DNA of 64,000 nucleotides from a virus. Below are positions 53,101 to 63,486 of the stretch, one piece after another; the first letter of the stretch is position 1, and each line of letters begins with the position of its first letter. The stretch spans positions 6,432-70,431 of IMG/VR virus record IMGVR_UViG_3300042731_002249. One strand, 5' to 3'. Position numbers and translations under genes: made by a program. The notes below the pieces were generated by a model that did not search any database, was not told the origin of the DNA, and was given only the letters and a program-made list of their open reading frames with translations.

Positions 53101-55644
53101 ATGACAACCCTCGCAATTCTGAACGGTGATTGGGAAATCCTGTTCGCTGACGAGACGGTTGGCACGGCGACGACTGGAATGCGGATGGTTCGCCGCGCAG
53201 CCGGTGCAAGTGCAACCATCTACTCGTCGTTGGAGCTGTACTCTGCCATCGCAGACGCAGCTGATGAGTTCACGGCCATGGGCTTCAGGAACCCGGCACT
53301 GCCGGTAACGCCGAACGCCTTCACGCTGGAGAACAAATACTTCATGCCTCGGTCCTCGACAGAATGGCTGAAAGAAGGCACATGGACCGCTGACTGGTCG
53401 TACACGGCATCGCCTGACTCAGTAGGCAATGGCGTGGTGTGCGTCGAATACTCAGGCGGCACGCCCCCGGTTGCTGGCGACATCGGCAGGCTCATCACGC
53501 AGGGCGACACGGGTGATACCGGCACGCTGCTGGACTACGAGACGCTGCCAGATGGCACGACCACCGTAGTGTGGATCAGGCCGGATGACTCGACCCCGAC
53601 CACGGGCGACGTGTTCGATGGCACTGGCACGCTGATTGTCACGGGCGGCACCATGTCAGCAACCACGTCTGGCAACGCCCTGATCGGCAACACCCGCTAC
53701 ACGGCCATTCAGGCTATCGGTAGCGTACCGACAGCCACTGAGGTCTATGTCTATCAGGACCGCTTCAAGCTCACGGACTGGGAAGGCAATTTCCAGTGGT
53801 GGGCAACCGATCCGAATGTGTCTCTGGGCATCATCTCGGTACTGATCAGGACGCACTTGCAGGCTGCATCGATATCGGCAACCACTGGTATTGCGGACTC
53901 TGACCTTGAGGTCTTTGCTCGACGCTACACCTCGCTGTACGACAACTTCCGACTGAACGTCGCGGGTGGTGGCTTCTCGGCGCTCCCGCTGGCATCAAGC
54001 CCGGACATCAACAACACCACTGGCTACTTGCAGGTGACCACGGACGCTGAGACAGGCGCATGGACTCCAGCCGTAGGCGACATCTTCCAGCTGGTGGCAG
54101 ATACTGCACAGAAGGGTGTGATCACAGCAATCAGTGGCACAGGCCCGAACTACACCATCGAGGGCTACCGCACCGGTAACCTCGTGGCATTTGCAGACAA
54201 CGATGTCATCGAAGACGTTGCCCAGACAGGCACGTTGACGCTCAGCTCGAACGAGACAGTGGTGTCTGGTGGTCCGACTGACACAGCCTCTGGCGAAGGC
54301 GGCACGGTCACCATTGCAGTGGGCAGCACCACGTCTGACTTTGACGGTGACGGCACGGCAGAGCCTTTCTCGATCACGGTCAACGCACAGACCAACGTAC
54401 TACCGGCCAAGGTGTACGAGCGCATCAAGTACGTCACGAGGCGCGGCGCTGACGAGGCTGACCTGTTCGGTGCTGGTGTCAACATTCCCGGTGAGTCGTA
54501 TCGAGGTATCGAGGCGCTGTACTACACGGTGTCGCATTCAGCCTCGCTGACAGAAGGCGACGACCTGACGCAGACGGTCGGTGGTAACTGGACGGCCAGA
54601 CTGATCGGCTCGAACCAGACTGGCACGGGTCAGGATGTGGCGCAGTCGTACATCACGGTCACGGACCAGCAGACCTCGCTTGAGTCGCTGGTTGATGCTG
54701 ATGTCGTGCAGGACGAGACCGCAGATTCAGCCACTATCGATACGGGTGGCGCTGGTGGTGCCTCGCTATCGATCAGCTCACCGAAGTCCAGCCCACTGGG
54801 TACGTTCACCGGTACGACGATCTTCGGCGCACCGGGCGTGCTGTTCACTGGCATTGATGCTGCACCGCAGGCATACACGCTGACGGATGACCTCGGTACG
54901 CTGCGCACGCCGCCGAACACGGTCACCATCCTCGTGGACAACACCGCAGGCTTCGACCGGGTGTACTTGGCACGTGATACCGGTACTGCTGGTGTGATCG
55001 ACAAGGATCGCTTCGGTGGCATGACGGTCACAGCTGCATCGGCTACCTCGATCACGGTCGCTGGCTCAATCGACAGTGAGGTTGCTGATGCCGCGTGGGT
55101 CAGGGTCATCGCAGTGGATGAGCAGCAGGAGCATCACTACAAGTACGACAGCCGAACCACGGGCGCAGGTGGCACGTTCACCCTTACGCCGATCACGCCG
55201 GGAACGGCAACGGCTGGCACGTCCGACACAGCGCTTGAGGACACGGGTTCTACGTTCGTGACCGAGGGCGTTGAGCCGGGAATGCTGATCTACGTCGCCA
55301 CTCGCACGTCCACCTACGAGGTGGTGAGTGTGACCGACGAAGACTCGCTGGTGATCCAGCTGCTGTTCGGCGCAGGTGGCTTCGTGTCAGGCGACACCTA
55401 CACCATCAACGAGACGATCCAAGCCTACGACACGAACGACAACATCCATGACCTGATCATCGATACCGAGGCAACGACGACGAGTACGTCCAACACCATC
55501 GTCAAGACCCCGGCATCGCCGTTCGGCGTGGTAGTCAACGTGCGGCAGGGCAAGGTAATCCTGCCGTTCACTCAGAACGCAACAGTCGGTGATTCCGGTG
55601 TGACCGTGACAGTGGTCAGGCAGGAAGACACCATCGCCGTTTAA
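53101..55644 (+). CDS. Virion structural protein
   Basis: 847 aa, T/G-rich; VRQGK..LPF and ...EDTIA C-terminal motifs. Confidence 0.65.
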   Translation: MTTLAILNGDWEILFADETVGTATTGMRMVRRAAGASATIYSSLELYSAIADAADEFTAMGFRNPALPVTPNAFTLENKYFMPRSSTEWLKEGTWTADWSYTASPDSVGNGVVCVEYSGGTPPVAGDIGRLITQGDTGDTGTLLDYETLPDGTTTVVWIRPDDSTPTTGDVFDGTGTLIVTGGTMSATTSGNALIGNTRYTAIQAIGSVPTATEVYVYQDRFKLTDWEGNFQWWATDPNVSLGIISVLIRTHLQAASISATTGIADSDLEVFARRYTSLYDNFRLNVAGGGFSALPLASSPDINNTTGYLQVTTDAETGAWTPAVGDIFQLVADTAQKGVITAISGTGPNYTIEGYRTGNLVAFADNDVIEDVAQTGTLTLSSNETVVSGGPTDTASGEGGTVTIAVGSTTSDFDGDGTAEPFSITVNAQTNVLPAKVYERIKYVTRRGADEADLFGAGVNIPGESYRGIEALYYTVSHSASLTEGDDLTQTVGGNWTARLIGSNQTGTGQDVAQSYITVTDQQTSLESLVDADVVQDETADSATIDTGGAGGASLSISSPKSSPLGTFTGTTIFGAPGVLFTGIDAAPQAYTLTDDLGTLRTPPNTVTILVDNTAGFDRVYLARDTGTAGVIDKDRFGGMTVTAASATSITVAGSIDSEVADAAWVRVIAVDEQQEHHYKYDSRTTGAGGTFTLTPITPGTATAGTSDTALEDTGSTFVTEGVEPGMLIYVATRTSTYEVVSVTDEDSLVIQLLFGAGGFVSGDTYTINETIQAYDTNDNIHDLIIDTEATTTSTSNTIVKTPASPFGVVVNVRQGKVILPFTQNATVGDSGVTVTVVRQEDTIAV

Positions 55645-55654
55645 GGAGACCGCA

Positions 55655-56197
55655 ATGACAAGTAACGTGGGGCAGACAGGGGTGTCTTCGATCAGGCTGA
55701 AAGGCAAGAAGGTCGAAGAGCTGCCCCTCGGTACTAACAACGACGCGAAAGAACAGCTGCTTCTGGCGCAGGAAACAGAGCGCCTGAACCAGATTGCTGA
55801 GGTCAACGCGAAGTATCCATCGCAGCGCATCGACTATCTGGTCTCCCGCATCAACGAGTGCGAAGAGAACAAGAACCGGATGCGCAAGATGATCGCTGAG
55901 ACTCGCGCTCGTATCCACGAATATGAGGGTCTGGTGATGCGCTGCGGCGTGCGCGACAAAATGCTGGCTGATGAGGAAGACCCTGAGAAGATCAGGGCGA
56001 TCCACAAAGAGTGGGGCCGCTGGGACGTGGACGCGCTCAAGCAGCAGATCATGCAGGACCACGAGGCCATCGAGCGCTTCGAGAATGTGATTGCTCAGGA
56101 GGACGAGTCCATCAAGGAACACAGCGAGACGGTCGCCCTGTGCAAGCAGCGTGACAAGGAACTGGCAGCACTGGGAGCTGTAGCAGCAGGTAGCTAA
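55655..56197 (+). CDS. Coiled-coil protein
   Basis: AGGAG RBS; charged heptad repeats. Confidence 0.65.
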   Translation: MTSNVGQTGVSSIRLKGKKVEELPLGTNNDAKEQLLLAQETERLNQIAEVNAKYPSQRIDYLVSRINECEENKNRMRKMIAETRARIHEYEGLVMRCGVRDKMLADEEDPEKIRAIHKEWGRWDVDALKQQIMQDHEAIERFENVIAQEDESIKEHSETVALCKQRDKELAALGAVAAGS

Positions 56198-56979
56198 TGG
56201 CAGTACGTGACGACATCAGCATCGACCAATCGCTCTCACCGAGAGTGATTACAGTGGCTGCGCCATCGACTACGTTGTCCTTGCAGGACTTCGTGGATAC
56301 GGTGCGCACGCTCGAAGATGATTTCGTCAACATGGGCTTCCCGTTCCTGATCAGCGCGGCTGGCAAAGAGGACCTTGGCGACGGCGTGTCGGTTGCCATC
56401 ACCGTGCAGAACAACAACGCACGAGTGGCATTCGAGGCACGTCGCACGCCAGCCATTGATGAAAGCACGGTCACCACGGCATCCGGCGCACCCAACATAG
56501 TGGGCCGGTACACGTTCATTGACACTGGTGCGGACTTCGTGACAGCCGATGTGCAGCCCGGTTCACTGGTGGTGAACTGGAGCGACCGCAGCATTGGTGA
56601 CGTGGTAGAGGTCATCAGCTCAACTGAGCTGCGCATGGAAGCGCTGGTCAATGGCACGGACAACCAGATGGAGCTGGGCGATACCTACTCGATCTTCAAC
56701 GTCGAGCAGGTGCGTATTTCGGCAGGTAACCTGACAGCTGTGGACGATCTGGCTGCTGCCATCAACGCAGTGCAGCCGACTGCATTCACTCAGGTGGTGG
56801 TGGCGCAGTCATCCAGTGCCACGTTGCTGACCGACGAGGGCCTGACCCCAGCTGAAATCAGCGACATCACCGACGCGGTGTGGGATGCACCTACAACCGG
56901 TCATTCACTACCGGGCACGTTCGGCCAGTTTATCCAGAAGAAGCTGCTGACCGTGGCCAAGTTCTTGGGGCTGAGCTGA
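56197..56979 (+). CDS. Virion structural protein
   Basis: DTGADFVT..V.PG module shared with the 53101 gene; AVWD....H..PGTFG C-terminal motif. Confidence 0.6.
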   Translation: MAVRDDISIDQSLSPRVITVAAPSTTLSLQDFVDTVRTLEDDFVNMGFPFLISAAGKEDLGDGVSVAITVQNNNARVAFEARRTPAIDESTVTTASGAPNIVGRYTFIDTGADFVTADVQPGSLVVNWSDRSIGDVVEVISSTELRMEALVNGTDNQMELGDTYSIFNVEQVRISAGNLTAVDDLAAAINAVQPTAFTQVVVAQSSSATLLTDEGLTPAEISDITDAVWDAPTTGHSLPGTFGQFIQKKLLTVAKFLGLS

Positions 56980-58643
56980 TGAACGAAATCATACTGCCCC
57001 AGTACTCAACACCCGAAGACTTCCATCAGGGCTGGACCATGCTGGAAGCAGAGGCCATGCGTCGTGAGTTCCGTGAGTTCGTCAAGGGCGCATGGCACGT
57101 GGTCGAGCCGGGTAAAGACTTCAAGTCGGGCTGGCATATTGACGCTATCTGCGATCACCTCACATACGTCAGTCTGGGCGACATCGATGACTTGGTAATC
57201 AACATCCCCCCACGGCACTCCAAGTCAACCATCGTCGCCGTGATGTGGCCAGCATGGGAATGGACGTGGAAGCCAGAGACGCAGTGGCTCTTCGCCACCT
57301 ATGCACTCGCACTCACCCTGCGAGACTCCGTGAAGTGCCGTCGCTTGATCCAGTCTCCGTGGTATCAGGAACGCTTTGGCACGGCCTTTTCACTCAGCTC
57401 CGACTTGAACCAAAAGGGCCGCTTCGACAACGATGCCATGGGCTATCGTCTGGCCACAGCTGTCGCCGGTACGGCAACGGGTGAAGGTGGCGACAGGATC
57501 GTAGTGGACGACGCGCACAACATGAAGGAGATCAACTCCGACACGATTCGTGCAGGCGTGATCGAGTGGTGGCGAGATGTCATGTCAACCCGTGGCAATG
57601 ACCCGAAGAACCTCGGTCGCGTGATCATCGCTCAGCGTGGCCATCACATGGACCTTCCCGGTCATGTGCTGTCACAGGGCACGTGGATACATCTCAACCT
57701 GCCGGGTTACTTCGTGCCGAAGACGCGCTGCGTCACCAAGGCAAAGAAGGACAGTCAACGTGAAGTTCCGGCAGTGCCGGGTCAGTTCACTTACGGTGAC
57801 CAAGTGCCGCCGCTGAAGAAGGATCAGGTGATCTTTGTTGATCCGCGTCGCCAAGAGAACGAGCTGCTGACCCCGGATCGCTTCGGCCCGGAAGAGATGG
57901 CCAAGCTGTCGGTCGAGCTGACTGAGCGTGGCTTCGAGGCGCAGATTCAGCAGAACCCAAGCGCCAAGGGCGGCAACATCATGAAGGTCCATCACTGGCG
58001 TGAATGGATTGAGCCTGAGCTGCCATCGATCCAGATGATCATTCAGAGCTACGACACGGCCTTTGAGGAAGAGGAAGAGCATGATTACTCTGCTCGTACC
58101 ACGTGGGGCGTGTTTGAGTACGAAGAACGACTCGATCCCAAGCTGCCATGGACTGCGGCTTACAAGGGCCAGAAAAGGCTGTGCCTGATTCTCTTGGAGC
58201 GCATGAATCGTCGCCTCGATTATCCCGACTTGCGCACCAATGCTATTGATGCAGCTCAGCTCTGGAAGCCGGATAAAGTGCTGATTGAGAAGAAGGCATC
58301 CGGCCATTCTCTGGCGCAGGAGCTGCGGCGTGCTGGGCTACCCGTAGCTCGAATCAAAGTCACGGACAGCAAGTTCGTGCGTGCCCACGCAGCCTCGCTC
58401 GTTCTTGAACGGGGCTGCGTCTTTTATGTGCGGCGTAACTGGGCGATGGAAGTAATCAACCAGTGCGGCAACTTCCCGGCTGACGACCATGACGACATGG
58501 TTGATACCTGCACCATGGCGATGCTGTGGCTCAGGAAACGCTGGTCCACCGACTTCCTCGATGAGGATGACGACAACGATAACCTGATGAATCATGTCAC
58601 TAAGCCAGTGCGGACCTACGGTGGTGTGAGAGGACAAATGTAA
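56979..58643 (+). CDS. terL: Terminase large subunit
   Basis: Walker A NIPPRHSKS, Walker B IVVDD, nuclease motifs QSYDTA, IEKKASG and HDDMVD. Confidence 0.95.
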   Translation: MNEIILPQYSTPEDFHQGWTMLEAEAMRREFREFVKGAWHVVEPGKDFKSGWHIDAICDHLTYVSLGDIDDLVINIPPRHSKSTIVAVMWPAWEWTWKPETQWLFATYALALTLRDSVKCRRLIQSPWYQERFGTAFSLSSDLNQKGRFDNDAMGYRLATAVAGTATGEGGDRIVVDDAHNMKEINSDTIRAGVIEWWRDVMSTRGNDPKNLGRVIIAQRGHHMDLPGHVLSQGTWIHLNLPGYFVPKTRCVTKAKKDSQREVPAVPGQFTYGDQVPPLKKDQVIFVDPRRQENELLTPDRFGPEEMAKLSVELTERGFEAQIQQNPSAKGGNIMKVHHWREWIEPELPSIQMIIQSYDTAFEEEEEHDYSARTTWGVFEYEERLDPKLPWTAAYKGQKRLCLILLERMNRRLDYPDLRTNAIDAAQLWKPDKVLIEKKASGHSLAQELRRAGLPVARIKVTDSKFVRAHAASLVLERGCVFYVRRNWAMEVINQCGNFPADDHDDMVDTCTMAMLWLRKRWSTDFLDEDDDNDNLMNHVTKPVRTYGGVRGQM

Positions 58644-61063
58644 TGGCAAGACGACCAGACGACTTGGATATAGGGCGCAGCCCAGAAATGCCGGAAATGC
58701 CTGATCCGGGCTTTGACGGCATGGTGGGTGATGCCAAGGTACAGCGTCGTGGCAATCGTGCCGTGGTGGACTTCAACCCCGGCATGGCCCGGTACTCGCA
58801 GGATGACAGTGACGATCATGCTGGCAACATCATGTTCCAGCTGGACATCCGTGAGCAGGCAGACCTTGCCAACAAAGTCATCGAGTGGGTGGACGTTGAC
58901 ATCGAGTCACGCAAGGACTGGGAAGAGCGCATGGATCAGGCCATGGAGTTACTGGGCCTGAACAACGTGCCGAAGGAAGAGCTGGCCTTTGATGGTGCGA
59001 GTGCCGTGGTGTACCCGCTCATCGCTGAGGCAGTGGTGCAATTCCAAGCACGCGCCATCGAAGAGGTGTTCCCCAGCGAAGGCCCGGTGAAGGTCAAGAC
59101 GGTTGGCCAGTTCACACGCGAAAAAGAAGAGCAGGCAGAGCGTGTCAAGAACCACATGAACTACCAGATTCTGGATCAGGATCGATCCTACTTCTGGGAG
59201 GTGGACTCGATGCTGTTCGCCTTGCCGCTGACTGGCAGCGCGTTCAAGAAGACGTACTGGGACAGCGTGTCCGAGATGACCGTCTCGCGCTTTATTCAGT
59301 CATCCGATTTCATTGTGCCGTACATCGCGACTGACCTTGCGAGTGCGCCACGTTATACCCACCGCATGTACAAAAACGAGTCGGAGATGCGCAAGCTCTT
59401 CGAGTCAGGTTTTTACGAAGAAGTACAACTTCCAGAGACCACGCCTTACGCAGCCGATACGGATAGTGAAGATCATCAGCACAGGGACCGCGCTGATGAT
59501 CGCTCACCCGATATGCACGCTGAGGACAACGTGTACACGATCCTCGAATGTCACTGCGACCTGTCGCTGGACTTCGATCAGGATCGCTATGGCCGTAATG
59601 CGCCACTGCCGTACATCGTCACCATCCTGCGCGAGACACGCGAGGTGCTGGCGATCCGGCGCAACTGGAAGGAAGACGATCCTCTGGCGCAGAAGCGTAT
59701 CTGGTTCACGCACTACAAGTACCTGCCGGGGCTGGGCTTCTACGGCTTCGGGCTGCTGCATCTTATCGGTTCGCTGGCCGAGGCAACGAGTGGCACGCTG
59801 CGTGCGCTGCTGGACTCGGCTGCGTTCGCAAACATGCAAGGTGGCTACGTATCCAACGATGCGAAGCTGCAACCGGGTACGGAACATATCGATCCGGGCG
59901 TGTACAAAGAGGTCAACATGACAGCCGAAGAGCTGGCACGCGCCTTCTACACGCCACCGTTCAAGGAGCCGTCACCGGCACTGGCGCAGCTGCTTCAGGT
60001 ACTTGTTGATGCAGGCAAGTCGTTCTCGTCGGCCACGGAAGTTCTAACTGGTGAGGCCAAAAATACTGGTCCGGTGGGAACGACCATTGCTTTGATCGAG
60101 CAAGGATCGAAACCATTCTCCGCGATCCACCGTAGACTCCACATGGCAGCAGCCGAGGAATTTAAGCTCAGGGCCGAGCTTAACTACGAGTTCCTGCCGG
60201 ATCAGTACCCGTACAAGGTTGAGGACGAAGAGAGCGTCGTATTGCGTGAGGATTACGATGGCCGGGTCGATGTCATCCCGATCAGTGACCCGAACATCTT
60301 CAGCTCGACGCAGCGTATCGCGCAGGGTCAGGCACTGGTCGAACTGGCTGATTCTCACCCGCAGCTGTACAACCAGATGGAGGTGCATGAGCGCTTCCTG
60401 AAGGCGATCCGCATCCCTGACCCTGAAGGCGTTCTCAACAAGCAAGAGAAGGTCAGGCTGGACCCCGTGACCGAGAACATGGGCATGATGCAAGGGCAGG
60501 GTGCCAATGCGTTTATCGATCAGGATCACGACGCGCACCTCGCTGTCCACATGAACTTCCTCAACGGACTCAACGAGGAAGCGATAGCGCTGATGGGACC
60601 GATTATGCAGGCGCACATGGCCGAGCATTACGCCTTCAAGTACTACGTCGAGATGCAGCGCCAACTGGGTGGCCAGCTGCCGCAACCCGGCGAGTTCAAC
60701 GCGCAGAACGTGCTGCCGCCAGAGGTGGATGCACAGATTGCGCAGATGGCTGCACAGGTGCCGCAGATCGAGATCATGCCGCCGAGCGAGGAAGAGGAAG
60801 ATGACTTCGAGCGCGAGCAGGCACGACTGGACGATGCGCACATGCGCGAGATGCAGCGTAAAGACGAAGCAGCGCTGGCCGAAATCGAGCGTCAGGACAT
60901 GGCCTCGATGAGCAGGGATCAGCGCGAAACCTTCATGGCTAAGCAAAAGGAAGAGCGTGAAGCGAGAGCCAACGAAGCCAAGATCGAACGAGAGAACAAG
61001 CTGGCAGCGGCAAAAGCTGCGAATCAGAAAAAGGCACGACCGAGTGGCACAAGTAAAACCTAA
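58643..61063 (+). CDS. Portal protein
   Basis: D..SRK.W, P.IAEA.VQFQA.A..E..P..GPVK, LPL.GSAFKK, GFYG.GL; follows terL. Confidence 0.9.
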   Translation: MARRPDDLDIGRSPEMPEMPDPGFDGMVGDAKVQRRGNRAVVDFNPGMARYSQDDSDDHAGNIMFQLDIREQADLANKVIEWVDVDIESRKDWEERMDQAMELLGLNNVPKEELAFDGASAVVYPLIAEAVVQFQARAIEEVFPSEGPVKVKTVGQFTREKEEQAERVKNHMNYQILDQDRSYFWEVDSMLFALPLTGSAFKKTYWDSVSEMTVSRFIQSSDFIVPYIATDLASAPRYTHRMYKNESEMRKLFESGFYEEVQLPETTPYAADTDSEDHQHRDRADDRSPDMHAEDNVYTILECHCDLSLDFDQDRYGRNAPLPYIVTILRETREVLAIRRNWKEDDPLAQKRIWFTHYKYLPGLGFYGFGLLHLIGSLAEATSGTLRALLDSAAFANMQGGYVSNDAKLQPGTEHIDPGVYKEVNMTAEELARAFYTPPFKEPSPALAQLLQVLVDAGKSFSSATEVLTGEAKNTGPVGTTIALIEQGSKPFSAIHRRLHMAAAEEFKLRAELNYEFLPDQYPYKVEDEESVVLREDYDGRVDVIPISDPNIFSSTQRIAQGQALVELADSHPQLYNQMEVHERFLKAIRIPDPEGVLNKQEKVRLDPVTENMGMMQGQGANAFIDQDHDAHLAVHMNFLNGLNEEAIALMGPIMQAHMAEHYAFKYYVEMQRQLGGQLPQPGEFNAQNVLPPEVDAQIAQMAAQVPQIEIMPPSEEEEDDFEREQARLDDAHMREMQRKDEAALAEIERQDMASMSRDQRETFMAKQKEEREARANEAKIERENKLAAAKAANQKKARPSGTSKT

Positions 61064-61220
61064 AGATGTGCGTGCGGCACGCGAGTTCCTGCGCAAGCGG
61101 GGTGTTCGTGGTGTATCCCCTCGACAGTTCGCCCGTTCCTCAGTGGAGACCGGCGTTTCATATCAAACACTGCTCGATAAACTGGCAGGAGTAGCAAGGA
61201 GAAAGTTGAATGAGAATTAG
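61044..61220 (+). CDS. Small basic hypothetical protein
   Basis: VRAAR.FL.......SPR.FA motif; overlaps the portal 3' end. Confidence 0.55.
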   Translation: MAQVKPKDVRAAREFLRKRGVRGVSPRQFARSSVETGVSYQTLLDKLAGVARRKLNEN

Positions 61221-61482
61221 GCAATTCGTGAAGCACGCTGGTGAGCTGGTTGCCCAGCAAAAAGGCAACATGGCGCTAAAGCTGGCGAAGGGGTCATGCG
61301 CAAGCATGGAAGCATACAATCGCGAAGTTGGCCGCATGGAGGGTCTGGACATAGCCGTTGGCATGTTGAAAGACATGGTGCAGCAGCTGGAGGATCAGGA
61401 AGAAGAGAAGAGCAAAGGCTTGCCTGAGATGCCGCCGATAACGCCGCCGCCCGGTATGCCAAAGCCGGGAGATGCGACATGA
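61210..61482 (+). CDS. Small head-region protein
   Basis: LAKG...MEAYNR.VG..EGL, typical of genes between portal and GroES. Confidence 0.7.
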   Translation: MRIRQFVKHAGELVAQQKGNMALKLAKGSCASMEAYNREVGRMEGLDIAVGMLKDMVQQLEDQEEEKSKGLPEMPPITPPPGMPKPGDAT

Positions 61483-61877
61483 CGGAAGTCAATTTCATTC
61501 CACCGGCACAGGAGATTGAGGCAGAGCTGCCCATGATCCCGCTTGGCTGGCGCATTCTGGTCAGGCCATACGAGCCAAAGAACACGTGGGGCGAGACTGA
61601 ACTGCTGATCGCTGATGAAGCATTGGAGTCGGAGAAGCTGCTGACGTGCGTCGGGCAGATCGTTGCCATGGGTGATCAGTGCTTCAAGGCTGTCACTCGC
61701 TCTGGCATCGAGCTGGCAAACATTGATCCCAAGCCGAAGGTCGGTGACTGGATCATGTATGGAACCTATGGTGGCCAAACCATCTACACCAAGTCAGGCA
61801 CGAAGTACTTGGTGATGAACGATGACGGCATCATGGGTTTCGTTACAGACCCCGAAGCAATTCGGGCGTATATTTAA
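61479..61877 (+). CDS. groES: GroES-like co-chaperonin
   Basis: PLGWRILVRP, GQIVAMG, KVGDW...YGG, YLVMNDD.I.G. Confidence 0.9.
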   Translation: MTEVNFIPPAQEIEAELPMIPLGWRILVRPYEPKNTWGETELLIADEALESEKLLTCVGQIVAMGDQCFKAVTRSGIELANIDPKPKVGDWIMYGTYGGQTIYTKSGTKYLVMNDDGIMGFVTDPEAIRAYI

Positions 61878-61889
61878 CAGGGGTACACT

Positions 61890-62924
61890 ATGGCTAATGA
61901 CAACATTGTTTTCGAGGACCTGCACGGTGCGCAGGAAGACGAAAACATAACCGTTGATTTGGACGCTGGGTCGAAAGACGATGGCATCGAACGCGCTCCC
62001 GCTGAGCAAGCGGCAGACGTTGATGTCAAGGATGACGACAGCATCAGATTTGACAACCTGCGCTCCGCTGATGACTCAGCCGATGAGCAGGTGGTCGAGG
62101 AAGAGGCTGCAAGTAAACCCAGTGAGGATGATGACTACTCGAAGAAGGTCAAGGCACGTATCGAGCGCGAACAACGCGCTAAGCGTAAGGCGAAGCAGGA
62201 AGCTGACTACTGGAGACAGCAGGCAGAAAAGCTCGCCAAGGAAACATACGAGCGTGACAAGACGTACCTGAAGCGAGACATCGAACAGGTTGACTCGGAG
62301 ATTGAGTCGATTCAGTCGGACCTCGAACGCGCAATCGAGGAAGGGCAAACCAAGGATCAGGTGCGGTTGACGAACCGTCTCACCGATCTGAAGGCGAAGA
62401 AAGCTCGCTCCGAAGTCAGCCTCGACAACTTATCAGAGGATGGTATTGTTCCACCATTCGATGATAAGATTACCCCAGAGGCCGAGAAACCCACGAAGAG
62501 CAAGGCTCAGGAGTGGATGGATGGGCACTCTGACTGGTACAAGCAGGGCGGTTTCGAGAGGGCTACCCGGCTTGCCAATCGTCTGGACAAAGAGGTCTTT
62601 GACGAGGGCTATGATCCAAACACCGACGAGTACTTTGAGGAACTTGATCGGCGTATCAAGGAGAAGATGCCCGAACTTTATGACGATCTGGATGCTGCCG
62701 ATAGTGGCGGCGACGAAGGCGGGAAGGAGAGGAAGCGTCCTACGCAATCTCCGGTCGCTGGAGTCAACCGACAGGATAGCCAGCGTACAGGTCGTGGCAG
62801 CAAGGTCGAGCTTACGGAGGATGACTTCGCGACGATGAGGCAATTCAATCTCGACACCAATGATCCAGAGGTGTTGAAAGAGTTCGCCAGAAACAAACGT
62901 GAAGCCGAAGGAGCGAGACGATGA
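61890..62924 (+). CDS. Capsid scaffolding protein (putative)
   Basis: Acidic coiled coil; YSKKV..RI, W...WY, GYDP.TDEYF.ELD.R, SPVA, V.LT. Confidence 0.75.
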   Translation: MANDNIVFEDLHGAQEDENITVDLDAGSKDDGIERAPAEQAADVDVKDDDSIRFDNLRSADDSADEQVVEEEAASKPSEDDDYSKKVKARIEREQRAKRKAKQEADYWRQQAEKLAKETYERDKTYLKRDIEQVDSEIESIQSDLERAIEEGQTKDQVRLTNRLTDLKAKKARSEVSLDNLSEDGIVPPFDDKITPEAEKPTKSKAQEWMDGHSDWYKQGGFERATRLANRLDKEVFDEGYDPNTDEYFEELDRRIKEKMPELYDDLDAADSGGDEGGKERKRPTQSPVAGVNRQDSQRTGRGSKVELTEDDFATMRQFNLDTNDPEVLKEFARNKREAEGARR

Positions 62925-63475
62925 CTGTCAAAAAGAAAGCAAGCAAGAAGGTAACCGCACCCGCTGTTACCGACCATGGCGTAGACCATGGACACGAGTC
63001 TCGTGTGGACGAGATGTCGGAGTACGATGCCACCCACCAGCAGAGCGCGGCAGCATGGGTTCGCCCAAGCAGCCTCGACGCTCCAGACCCAAGGCCGGGG
63101 ATGACCCAGCGTTGGGTGAGGAAGTCGCTGTTCGGTGCGGACGATCCCAAGAACTTGAACCGCAGCTGGCGGGAAGGATGGAGGCCACGGCCTGCTGACT
63201 CCCTGCCGGAAGACTGGCGAATCTACGCTCAGTTCGCGGACAAGAACGAAGGGATGATTGTGGTGGATGATCTGATCCTGATGGAAATCGACTCTGGCGT
63301 TCTTGCTCAACGAAAGGCTCAACAGCAGCGTGATACGCAGCTGCAAGTCCAAAGTGTTGAACATGACCTTGAGTCAGCTCAGGTGGCCGGTCATCCGATT
63401 GTGAAAGAGCATAAAACATCGGTGACCCACCCGCCTATGCGGATACAACCCGCAGGGGTGGCTGACGATGAATAG
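62921..63475 (+). CDS. Conserved head-region protein
   Basis: W.RPSSLDAP.P.PG...RWVR...G..D..N......EGW. Confidence 0.75.
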   Translation: MTVKKKASKKVTAPAVTDHGVDHGHESRVDEMSEYDATHQQSAAAWVRPSSLDAPDPRPGMTQRWVRKSLFGADDPKNLNRSWREGWRPRPADSLPEDWRIYAQFADKNEGMIVVDDLILMEIDSGVLAQRKAQQQRDTQLQVQSVEHDLESAQVAGHPIVKEHKTSVTHPPMRIQPAGVADDE

Positions 63476-63486
63476 AGGAATGTTCA

